The translations under genes and the position numbers were made by a program. Below, in pieces: positions 13,182 through 25,302 of a DNA stretch of 64,000 bases. The DNA is from Ptychomitrium polyphyllum. Its lineage: Eukaryota. The number at the start of each line of letters is the position of its first letter. The stretch's first letter is position 1. Below the pieces are notes generated by a model, which was given only the letters and a program-made list of their open reading frames with translations, did not search any database and had not been told where the DNA came from. The stretch lies in NCBI GenBank assembly GCA_973851085.1, contig OZ316776.1, positions 2,852,001 to 2,916,000 on the forward strand, given 5' to 3'.

Positions 13182-14552
13182 AGAGGAACAACTGGACATA
13201 TATTTCCAGACGCTGGCTGCGAACTACATGATGGTCACCTCTGGATCTACGTAATACATCACTATTTAGTAATACATGTGGCGTGTTTTTTCTCAACCCG
13301 AGTTCTGATAGCAGTTAAAGCAGAATCATAGGCAGTATGTGTCCAGTGTTGGCAGTTGGCGCTCTGAAAAGGGAACTCACAGTGGATGTGATACATGAGA
13401 ACTTGTACTTGTAAGTTAATACTTGTGTCTGTAACCTCTTTAAACTAGATCTAACCCTTTCTCAATCGAGTAGATGTAGCGTCCCAGTAAACCACTTCTC
13501 ACTCGCGACTATCAACGTTCAAGTCCGTCAATATTCTGAAATACTTGCATACGTCTAAAACTTTAACCACCAACAATATGGACATGGAAAGCACAAGGAA
13601 TCGAAATCGTGTTGCCTCTCAAGAGATAGATGTTCAGAATTAGGAGGTGCAGATGAGAAGAATATTACCAAGGATTTGCTGGAACTACCCATATGGAGTT
13701 TCAATACTAAATCATGTAAGTATGCATAGTGCAAGAGTCGCTTGTCATAAAGGGACCGACACTGCAATTTCAATAATGTGCGCTGAATAAATTTACAGGA
13801 TCCTATATGGGGTAACACGATACAAACACCCTTTAAGGTAAAAGGCATGTTTGTATGGCTGGGAACAAACGTTTTCAGAAAATTGGTGCTGATGAGTTTA
13901 GAGATTTCACGCCAAGAGGGGAAGCAGCAAGGAGTACTTCACTGGTGACTACCAAAATGTCAATGAAACTTCTTTTCATGAGCGTGAAAAGAGTACCGTA
14001 ATTAACTAATTTTGTTGGAATCAAAAACATAACCCTCAGAATGTAAATTATAGTCACAAAACAATTGGTTGCCGCGTTGGATATGGGCGTTTCTGGGTAA
14101 AGTGCTTCAGAGTTGTACAAAAATTAAAACCAAATAAGTAGAGTTCAAAGACCGTCTCAAAACTGCATCACTAGCACTTCGAGATCGAAGCTCGGAGCAA
14201 TGGTGGATTGCTCGGAGTTGAGCGACAAGATATTTAAGTACAAAGTCATTTTTCAACACTCCATCCCGTAATCACCGACTTCTAGACGCCACGGATGGAT
14301 CGGGAAGGCTTTGAACTCAGAGTGCAGGGAGGCGATGTCAGCATTTTCGTGCGCGATATGAGTTGCACCTGCTCTTTCGCTGGTTAGAGTACAGAGCGTC
14401 CGTTCTTCACCACACAATTATTACCTTTAAATGCAAGATTGTGCATGTAATAAGCAATGGTGAGGAATTTCAAGTAACGTCCGAATGCAGAGTAATTGAT
14501 CATGTTGTTCTATCCATTGGGCTTGTGTCGCGAACTGAATCTCAGGAAGTTA

Positions 14553-17422
14553 TCATGCTTTGGCAATCTTGGCTAAGAGGTGCTTGCTTTCTGATATCCA
14601 GTCCACTGGCATGACTGTACGGACAGTAAGCCGCTGCCGCTTCTCACTCATATACTCTGTCTGGGCAGCGCTAATGCGGTATACATGAGGTTGCCACATG
14701 ACCTTCCGCACAGCTCGTTCATATTGATTGTCATCACCAGCCTACACATCAGGAGCAAAGTTAGGATTGTACAATTAAGAATGGACAAAGTGATTTCTCC
14801 ATCCATTCGTATAAAATTGTAGCCAACGTACCTGGTTTCTCATCGCTGAAAGGTTATCGGCACTAACACCAAGTAGGGTCTCCGCTTGCTCGTTGAATGC
14901 CGACACCCAGGCCTCCCCAGAAGAATCCAGCAACTTCGCTTGCATAATGTACCTGGCATCGTAGGCCACCAATTAGCTCAATCATCGGTACTACTTCCTG
15001 CTAGAAACGTGACTCAAGGATAAACATGCCTTACTATATGTGACGACGCTTGTAGTTTTAATCGGAAAATATGTCCCACAAATATTCTCGTGCATTAGAG
15101 TTGACTTACATCTAGAGAGAAGGGAGAAAAGTAAATCTCGACATACCTCCTATTACAGGTATCAGCGTGTTTTTGACAGCCTTCACACCAGTAGTTTGAT
15201 GTACTCTCTTCGACTAACTTGCGATTACAGGTTTGGCAGGCTAGGTACCACATAGCTTGATCCGGCTTTATGAAACTGATATAGGCCCTCACATTGAAAT
15301 ATGCAGGCTGTGAAACAAAAACCGTGTCATACACGTGAACCACAAGACCAAATCTTAAGGTGTTCATCTATATCAATATATTGAACGAATTGCCTTGTCG
15401 TAGGAAGATTGAATGTGGGCGGCAATGTTCTGCGAAGTGATGCGGCGCATGAGAAAGATTTCTACCTTGCCTTCACCAACAGAAGGTTGGGTGATCGCTG
15501 ATAGTACAGCTCGGTCAGTGAAGCTGGATCGTGACTGGTTCGCACCCCCGGGAAGGCTAGCTCCAGCAGGAGTCAAGGAGGCAGTCCTTCCATCCTGTTC
15601 ATACCTATCTCCCCCGAAACCCCCATGTCAATCACAAAGTGATACGCAATACCCATGTCTGCTCGCCGAACCACTACCACGATCCTGAGCAGTTGAAAAT
15701 CATTATCCCGTTACGCATATCCAATTGAGGGAAGTAGCAAAACCAAATCTAGGAACATTAGACTCGGAAGACGGGGTAGGTGTCTCACCAAGTGCGAAGA
15801 TCGTTTGCATCCGGTATGACTGGATTAATAACCACCATGGTATTCATGGTAGATGAAAGAGAAACACCTGCAATAACATCAAAACACTCAGATGCTTAAA
15901 TATTCGCAGAATTGGCAAAAGTCAGGCGTCACAGTTGTAGTGAATCAACCCATAGTTCGGACAGATCAAGGGGTCACTAACCTTGGAAGTCACTGAGGCG
16001 TAATCCTTTAGCCATAAGCAAAGGAGATTCACTCGCTACATCTGCCAGAGCAGCCCCTTCTTTCACAGCCATGTTATTCCAAAGTGTCAGCACCACTGTT
16101 TGCTGACTGCACCGCCACAGGCAAGAAATCCGTCAGCCATTGCATCAGACATGTCACAATTCCCTATAGAGCAGATTCAGCCAGCAGGAGAGTTTCCAGT
16201 ACAAAAAATCTAAATCTCACTTTACTGAACACAACACAACTCTGCAGCCTCGAACCTTTGGTCTACAAGGACAACATCACGCTTTGGAATCTCCTCGTTG
16301 TTGGATTTGCGGTTAACCGTTGCCAACGGTCCCACACTTTGAACAACCCCTAAGACATCTGCACAATCATCAAATGTAAGCACTAAAACGGTGCTTCTTA
16401 GGGATCTCAATTCTATCGACCTCGAGATCATGTTTAGTTTCTTGAGAAATGACGCTATTCGGCACGATCATTTCTAACCGATTACAGGTCTTAGACAATA
16501 ACAAATCATGAGTGCTGCATACGCGAATGATGGTCAGACAGGCGCATACCAACAAATCGCTTGGCACTGATATGCTGACCAAGCTCTCCAATCTTAGTGA
16601 AGCTGTACGTCGTAGCCGGTAGCTTGAAGGAAGCACCCTCTTCAACCGCCTCGGTAACCTCTGAGTTTGAGTTGAGTGTCATCTCGTAGTCGTTTCTCAC
16701 GGTGGCATACTGCTTGTTCGCCATGCGCAAGCTGCCCTTCGAGATATAGTAAACCTAGAAAAGCGGAAATTTACAGCAAGACGTTCAGTATGCAAGGAGA
16801 GGACTTAGATAAAATCAATGGGAGCCGGTGAAACCACTCGTCCTACAGGGACCCTTGAGCGGTTACTTTACAAGAATTTCAGAAGATACCTTGTCCAATT
16901 GTAGAACTTCGAAAAACTTGTCAGCAGCCTCTTTGAACATCGTAGCCTGAATTTGCGTACCCTGCAGACCATCGAAGCACATTACAGTCAGCCGCTCTGA
17001 AGGTAAACTAAGAACCAATGTTCACAGCGAACAATGAGAATACAGGGCAGGAATTGAGTATATACGTCTTCATCGGTAAGCTCGACGTTGAAGACATTCC
17101 CGTCCCCACGCGCGTTTTTGAAAGTACGAAGCGGACTCTTACTGGTAACCCTCACTTTGATGGTCCAATTTCCTTGGTACGGATTGAGTGACAGAATTGG
17201 GTAAACCCTCTTCGAAAGCCCAATCTTGGTTGGTGTAGAGCTGCAAAGTCGACCATCAAAGTTGATGTCATTCTAAACACCACCGATATAACATAGACTA
17301 CCCCTGAAAGAGTGTATTAAATACAATCTATTGAAATCAACAACGGGCATAACTTCAACCAGAGTAGCTTACGTCTTGCCCTCCACAATCTGAGCTACCG
17401 ACATGGTAGAAACGGATGTCAT
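14553..17422 (-). CDS. RPA1B: Replication protein A 70 kDa DNA-binding subunit, RPA1B/D-like, 11 coding exons
   Basis: Exons encode RVYPILSLNPYQGNWTIKVRVTSK, GTQIQATMFKEAADKF, VYYISKGSLRMANKQY, DVLGVVQSVG, VVLTLWN and the DBD-C zinc finger MWYLACQTCNRK...YWCEGCQK. The stop TGA is at 14553-14555 after LLAKIAKA. Start is ATG 17422 or 17404. Confidence 0.93.
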
Positions 17423-17978
17423 TTCCTCTAACTTCTCAGACTCGTACAGTCTAGTAAACCAGCTGCTACCACCTCCCCACTACAAAACCACAAACCACAT
17501 AGTCAGAACACACAGACAGAGTACGAGGATCAGACGCATCCTAACCACAACTAACCCACATGAACAGAATGCAACGAACCATGATCGTCACTCCCCAGTT
17601 GTTTTACTCGAAATCAACAAGTACGCATGTGGTGCACACATAAAACCACAACACAGACATCATCACAGAATCGAAAATTGAGAACGAAAACTCAGAAGAA
17701 ATTATGAGAACACACGCAAGTATCAGACACCTGAACACGAAGGAGGTGTAAAACTCAGGAAGAGCTCTGGTGAAACATACACAACGACGAAGCGGTGTGT
17801 GGGGACGCAAGAAGAGCAATATGAGCCGAGATGCGATGCGAGGGTGATGGGAGAACTGGGGTGCGGCTGCGAGAGAAGACGTTCCGAGCGCCTGTGGGAG
17901 TGGGCATCTATGGTGGCATTCAAGCAGAATGGCCGTTGCACTCCACATCCCTGCAACGTTCGCCTGCGCTGCGGAATC

Positions 17979-18048
17979 GCGGGAACCCTGTTGGTGGCGG
18001 GAAACGCCTCGCCGCATCAGCTTCGCGGTTTCAGTTTTGCGCGGGAAA
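17979..18048 (-). promoter_or_regulatory. E2F/DP binding sites upstream of RPA1B
   Basis: GCGGGAAA (TTTCCCGC on the - strand) occurs at 17997-18004 and 18041-18048, with a near-match GCGGGAAC at 17979-17986. This is the canonical E2F motif of plant replication genes. Confidence 0.7.
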
Positions 18049-18109
18049 CGCTCCCACGACCGTTCACTCGCGTGCTGCCTGGATAAAAGCCAATCGTCCA
18101 TCGTCCGTT

Positions 18110-18193
18110 GTTCGTCGATCGTCGTTCATAGTTCCTCGTTCGTCGATCGTCGTTCATAGTTCCTCGTTCGTCGATCATTGGTCCTCGTTCGTC
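18110..18193. repeat. 28-bp tandem repeat (GTTCGTCGATCGTCGTTCATAGTTCCTC), 2 full copies plus degenerate copies
   Basis: Identical units at 18110-18137 and 18138-18165, followed by partial copies. Confidence 0.85.
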
Positions 18194-20619
18194 CGTCAGA
18201 GAACGTTGAGGGTTGAGTGCCGCTTAGCCTTCGTGTTCTTTTCTGCTGCTGAGCTGGAGGGCGTTACTGTGCCCACACTGGCAGAGGGAGGAGTTTTAAC
18301 AAAAGAAAGAACATTTATTGGTTGTTCAGATTTGGCTAGTTGCTACATCAGAGAGTAGGGAGGGGAGGGTATTTCTAGCATCTTTTTTCTTTTCTTTCCC
18401 GGAAGTGATATAGATTGACATGGTAGGGACGTATGGAATCTTAACGAATAATCTTGTGATAGATTCTTGTTCCAGTAGAATTGTTGTGGATGGCGTAGAT
18501 TGGATCTGGAGCCATGTAACCATGTATATTTAAGTTTTTGGTAGAAGATAAAAGCTATAGTTAATAAGATATAATATAATGTTACAAAATAAATAGTTTT
18601 GTTATGTGTTTTTGGAATTACTTGTATTTAAATGTTCAAACAACACAAGATAGAATTTGATTCAATTATGCAATTTGTATATAATTGTTGGAGAATTGAG
18701 AAAGTACCATTTTTACATATTTCACTTTTATAATTGGAATTTAATGAAAGAATTATCATCTCTAATGTTAAAATTTGGTTTTGCTAAATATCAAAATGGG
18801 AATTTGATTCTTACATGTTATTGATTTTTCTCATTTTGAGTATCAATTATACCTCCTAATTTTCATCTTATCAAAGATTATTTTTATCTTCCTCATATTT
18901 AGTACTAAAAAGGACTAAGAAATATTATTTTACTATAACTAAGCCATCATTGATTTTTAATATTACTTCAAGGTAGGTCCTTTAAATGTATTTTTTTCCC
19001 CCCTTGATTTTGAATGATTGAATGAACCAAAAATAAGAATTTTAAAACTTAATGAAAGAAAAACCATTTGATATTGTTTGAAAAAATTAAAATCCAAATA
19101 AATTTCATTAATTTTTGGATTGTCAAACAGTTGTTGACTTTTCATAATATCCAAATTTTTATATGCATTTCTTACTAAATGTTAATTATTTTTACAAGCC
19201 AATATTTATAATTGATGAATAAGACAATTTAAATGCAAGATGTGGTTAAAAATTGGCTCAAATGAGCCTTTAAAGCATCAAGCTATAAATTTGTCATTTA
19301 AATTGTAAATTTGATTCTTTATTATGTTTGATTGTCAAATAAAAACTCTATTTCTTTATTACATTGATTTTATTTTTTTTCAACTTCCTCTTTTTATTAA
19401 TAATTTGGACTTTTAAAAGCCCTTGCATAATTGAGATGAATTTTTGTTCATATCTAATGTCAAAGTTGATAAAGTGGTATTATTTCAATTTTCCATAATT
19501 TTAAGGGTATTCAATTTAGTACAAAAATACTTCATATATAAGTCATGTTATATACAAAATTTGATAATTGACAAATCCTTGTACACCAAAATGATCATAT
19601 ATCATGGAATATATGAACACTATGGATGAAATATTATTATAGTCTATTAGAATTTTATCTAGTAGTATAAATTAATTTAGAAATGAAGATTCTTTTTGCC
19701 CAAAATTATTTAAAAAAATTTTATATGGCTAATCTAGAGTTCTAAAAAACCTTCCTGAATTGAATTTGATGTACATTTCTAAATGTGGCTAAGTTTTATG
19801 AGTGTTGAATTAATATGATATTGGAAATGCCATATGACAAAGCACATTGTATAGTAGCAATGGAAACAATCAAGGACAAATATGTAAGTTCCAAAACACC
19901 TTAGATATGATTCTAAAGCTCAAAAGCAAGCTTATGCAAAAAATACATATGAAATAGAAATAATAATGGTAACTTTAAACGCACTAAATAATTTCCAAGA
20001 GGCTTTTTTTAGACAAGTTTTACATTACTATGGAATCCTTCCATTAAGCATAAAGGATTGAAAGAATGGTCAAACATCAACTAAGAAGATAGAACATTAT
20101 TCCTTTTTTACTAAATAAAATAAATTGGAATGGACAATGTATAAAAGAAAAGTGATAGGGACCTTAAAATGAAGTGAAAATTAATTCAAGTAGGTTGGTA
20201 ATGGGAGGGAAAATGAATTTATAATAGATTTATGAAGACAACCATGTTTCGGACATGAAGTCCTTACATGATTAATCTTTAAGGAAATTTGGACAATTGT
20301 GGTGGTAATATTTGTTGTTTGGATGATAAATGCACTAAGCTACTGATCAATGAACTAGCCTAATGGTTTTTAGGCTATTTGTAAGAACATCCACTGAAAT
20401 TTCATAACCATTTTAATTTTTATTGGAAAATTCTGATTCACCTTGTGTTTGTCTCCAACTCTTGGGTCCTGCAAGAAAACAATTAGAAAATTTCTCTAGA
20501 ATTATGATAAGGCATAGTCTTGGCATGGTGGAGAAGGGCTCACTTACCTTGCCCCTATTTCTTTATTTTCCCCTCAACATTGCCCTTCAATACCTCAGAG
20601 AACAAAGCGACATGCCACA

Positions 20620-20686
20620 GGGAACAAGGCAGGCCTCCCATAGGGAACAGGGAACAGGGAACAGGGAACAGGGAACAGGGAACAGG
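20620..20686. repeat. (GGGAACA)n heptamer repeat
   Basis: About six tandem GGGAACA units from 20643, plus one copy at 20620. Confidence 0.85.
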
Positions 20687-21723
20687 CAGGTGTCGTCACG
20701 CGAGGAGTGACAAGGAGAGCAGCGATGGCATGGAATCAGAGCAACAAGCGCGCCGCCATCGCCAATGCCAGATGTTCGAGGACAGATCACAACAGAATCC
20801 TCTTCAGGATTGCAGTTCAACCCCCTGTAGGAACTATGCTGGCGATCCATCTCGCAGAGCCTGGCTCACAAGCACCGAGCATCGGGAGTGGAAACGCAGC
20901 GATCATTCTCGAGGTGGGTACCCAGACAGCAGCTTCTGTTGCGATTGAACTGCCAAGGAATGCGGCCTTATGGGTATGTGTAGCAGGGAAATCGCTACAG
21001 GACGGCAGATGTGAGCCAGGATTCTTGAAAAGTTGAGGACTTTTGTGGATAGTTGAAGTTGTGAGTTTGCGATCTTTCGCTGTGCTGATTAGAGGGACCG
21101 ATTAGAGGAGTACAGCGAGAGAGTGAGTTTGTAGAGAGGAGATCTCTGTTTGTGTTGTGATTGCGATGGTGATGAGTAGACTGAGTGACTTCGTCTTTGT
21201 GGATGCAGACTGGCTTCATTTCAGCTCTTCAAGCAGTTTTTCTCGGGATTAGTTGCTTTGAATGGAGCCGAGTGTGACCTAAAACTGGGGCTTTTCGTGT
21301 GGATGAGTCAAAGTGTAGTAATAGAGGTCCAATCGAGCTACTTTCTGCAAGCTTTCTTGTAGTGTCTGCATGCACATTGAACCTCTCCTTTCTACATTGT
21401 CTATGTATTGGTGGGTTTGCTGGTGAGGTTGAATGAAGAGCGCAATTCTGCCTGGTAACACGAGTCTCTGTGGTACCAAGCTTCGGAATCCTATAACGCT
21501 ACCCATATGGTGTATCTTTCATCAACTCCCAGCCACCAGCTTTTCCAAGTCTGTAAAGAAGCCTAAAAGTAGCACAAGCTGCAGTTCGTTTCCCTACCCT
21601 TGTCATAGAATCGAAGCTCATCATGTCGCTTTAAGGTTGAGCTTCACAAGTTGTCCAACTGAACGTTCGGTTGTTCTTTCAGAATGTAGCGCTACCTCGT
21701 GGCGTCGCATCACTTCTTGTCTC

Positions 21724-24700
21724 ATGTTCCAGCGATCTTTCATCACGTGGAGCAGCATCTGGAAGTCTGGACATCATGGGGTCGTGAGCATTTCTGCAGC
21801 ATTTCGCAGGTAGGTTGTTACATTGTGCCCTGACGGTAATGGTTTGTTTCATTATGAGAGGCTATCTTCGGAAAGTTAACCGGGGTGCACTTACTTTGCA
21901 GATAGACAATGCATCTCGATGTTTTAGGTGGCGTTGACCTTCAGAATTCGACCGTTCCTGGATTGTGCATGAACTGAGTGTAAAGCTCTCGGGGACACAA
22001 ATAGAATCTCTGAAAATGGTAGTTAGGTTAATGAGTAAGATGTATTTTTTCATACATTTGTCATCATGTGCAAATTGTGTATCCTTTGTTGGGGGTTATG
22101 TGAAACGACTACAATCGTCTAAGTGGGCCTTTCAACCTGTACGTTGTGCTTGTTATGCAGGGCTAGTATCTCTTATCCAGTCTCACTTTTTAAGGAAAGT
22201 GCCTGGTCCAGGCAACTATCATCCTGTTTTGGGACCCGGAAGCTGGCTTCCACCAACATGAGTGGCAGACAAGTTAGGGTTCGAAAGGAGAGGGTAACGA
22301 CTGTAGAGACGGTTGCCCAATTACATATAGTGCGAAATGGCGTCGCAAGCACTGCTTTAGAGGTAGCTTCTCTAATTATCCAACTCCCAATTGGTTGGAA
22401 CTCCTGAAATGACACTGTAACAGGTAACGAGGAAAACGTTTTTCATTTCTACAGATATTTGTGGTATTATCAGTCGGCGATCCTTAAGTTTCAACTTCGT
22501 AGAAACTTGTTGGAATGATGAGATGAAGGAGCCTGAACACATGACGTGGTCGCAGACGTCGCAGGAAGGAGTGCAGAAACTCAATAAGGATAGTTTTGAG
22601 GTTGATAGCTGGCAGTTTCAATTGTTGGAACGTCATGAATCCAATGATCTGAACTCTTACACCGTTGCTGAGCTTCGTCAGCTATTGAGGTTATATATTG
22701 TTATCGATTCCTGGTTTCTTTAGATATTGAGTTTAGCTCGCACGTGAGCCTTTTTAGCGTATTAACTTTGTAGTTTCCTCATTTTAGTTTGCAACTATTC
22801 CGCGACTGGACTTGATATTCATGTTACGGCGACCTGTTGTTAGCAGGAAGATGGAGAAACAACCAAAAGGCCAAAAAGCAGATTTACTAAAGGCTGTGCA
22901 GAGTTGGCTCCATGATCACGGCTGTCCAAATCCGTCAGGCACGTTATTTTTCATTTTTTATAATAAAAACAATGATGACCAGATTATCAGAAGAAATGTT
23001 TTGCGAACAGCAGTTAGGTAATTATTTAATCAGGTAGTTCATATAAGTTATTGCAACTATAATTGACTTGTTTCCCCCTTGTTTCTTGGCTGCTTATAGC
23101 TTTGGAAGATGAATCCAACAGGGACCTTGATGAAAATTCTCTAGATCTTGGAACAGCAGAGGAGGTTGCCGTTATATCAAAAACTAGAGCGGCTGTATCT
23201 GAACGCATCGAAACTAAAGGTGGCAAGAAAGGGACTGGTTCGGAACCCTCTCCACCAAAAAGCAGAAAGAAGCGAAAGGTTGCAGAAAGTGAAGAAACTG
23301 GTGACATTTTGCATGTCACTGCGCTAGAAGAGAAGACCGATAAAAAACCGTTCAAAGTAAAAAAATCCTCTAAAAAGGGTGAAGCCAAGGAATCCGTGCT
23401 GAAGGGTAAAACCGTCACAGAGGATGACAAGGAGCCATGGACCGTCTTGGTGCACAAACGTTTTAAACCTGAGTGGTTCGCATACGATCCCAAAACCATG
23501 CGGCCAAAGCCATTAGCCAACGATGAAAACGTGGTGAGGCTCGTATCATGGAACGTGAATGGATTGCGTGCACTCTTGAAGGAGAAAGGAGTTCTACATG
23601 AACAAGGTTCTCTGATTGCTCGGTTGGCTGCGAGAGAGGACTTTGATGTGCTTTGTTTGCAGGAGACCAAATTACAGGTAGTGTTGAATCTTCTCATTAT
23701 TTGCTCCTCATCTATATTTGTTCTCAGTTGTTTCAAAATTTATCATCTAATTAATGTGAGGCTCAGAGTAGAATTCAGGTTTGGAAGCTCAAGGAATGTC
23801 TTACGAAGAAAATAGCAGCAGGAGCAGGAAATAGTAATCAGTTACTATTATCTGGTCTAGATCTTTAATTATACTTTGCGCTTGTGATTGTCAGGAAAAA
23901 GATGTGGAAGACATCAGAAAATCTCTTCTGGCAAGTCATGAGGAAAGTTTATGGAGTTGCAGCACCAGCAAGCTTGGCTACTCAGGCACAGCCATCATTT
24001 CGCGGGTGGGTTAGCATTCTACTTAGCATCTGTTGTATCACCAGCAGTCTCTTGTGACTTCATAACTAACTCTACGTTTTGGCAAATTTGGGTACTTATT
24101 TAATATGAACTAGCTTTATTTATGCAGTGTTGTGAATTTCGTTCTAAATCGCCTTCATAAATGTGCCTCTAGATTAAGCCCTTGTCGGTGCATTATGGAC
24201 TTGGAGTACCAGAGCACGATAAGGAGGGTCGCCTCATCACGTGCGAGTTTGACAATTTTTACTTCGTTGTCAGTTACGTCCCCAACTCGGGAGCTAAATT
24301 GGAAAGACTGGTATGCCCATATATTGTGGTACAAGGTTCAAACTTATGGCTCTACAAGCTTAACTTTATGCTGAATCTTTTGGCCTTGATCGAGAAGCAA
24401 CATGCTCGATAATTAATCTGGTAATGTTTGCAGGCATATCGTACCCAAGAATGGGATACAGCTCTAAGCAGCTACTTGAAGGTAAAGCTCATGCACTGCT
24501 AAAAATGCCGGCTTTATTTCATTGTATAATTCTAATATTGGAACATATCATTTTCTGGAAGGATGCGCTTGTGATTGATTCTCACGTTCACTCATCACAG
24601 GAGTTGGAGAAGAAGAAACCAGTGATTCTCACAGGAGATTTAAATTGTGCTCACGAGGATATTGATATTCACGACCCTGCTGTAAGGCTCAAATGCTTCC

Positions 24701-25302
24701 ATCTTGCTGCTTCTCTTTAACTAGTTAATGGTTGTACTCAAACAAACTGATCAGAGGGTCACTTTGTGTCTTATGTATCGTTATGTTACGTTTTGAAACT
24801 AATCAGCATCTGCATTTTGTTGGTTTGTGTATAGCGTTAGGAGGTTGTTGAATAGCTGACATATTGAAAGGCTGTTGTTATTTCCAGGGTAACAAGAAAA
24901 GTGCAGGATTTACAGATGAGGAACGAGAATCGTTTAGAACAAATTTTCTCGATCAAGGCTTCATAGACACCTTCCGAAAGCAACATCCAAATGCTGTTGC
25001 TTACACTTACTGGGGTTATCGTACTGCAGCTCGACCCAAAAATAGAGGTACTAATCAACTTCTAGAGTTCTGCCTCTGTCTCTCTGCATTATTCAGAAAG
25101 AGTTTCTGTACTACTCTTGGTACTTATTCCCACGGATAAAACAAATTGATCGAGAACTTAGGGTTTTGGTGGATTTGCAGGTTGGCGACTGGATTACTTT
25201 CTTGTGTCGGAATCACTCTCTAAAGATGTGTATGACTCGTACACTATACCTGATGTGGGTGGTAGTGATCATTGTCCTATTGGACTCATTCTCAAAACGT
25301 AA
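21724..25302 (+). CDS. ARP: DNA-(apurinic/apyrimidinic site) endonuclease, ExoIII/APE1 family, ARP-like (probably organelle-targeted, with a SAP-like segment)
   Basis: Motifs include [110 protein letters not shown] and GSDHCPIGL. The stop TAA is at 25300-25302. [14 protein letters not shown] resembles a SAP domain. The 5' exons and start codon are uncertain. Confidence 0.92.

Noticed and set aside
16755..16889. GTATCTTC donors in RPA1B (and in Exo70 intron 4) as U12 candidates
   Set aside because: They lack GTATCC, and I saw no CCTTRAC branch site near their acceptors, so they are U2-type.
17604..18358. Several 75-175 aa ORFs around the RPA1B 5' end
   Set aside because: This is GC-rich promoter/UTR plus tandem repeat. 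None of the ORFs resembles RPA70N or any other domain.
23026..23736. 236-aa minus-strand ORF
   Set aside because: It is the antisense shadow of the large ARP exon.
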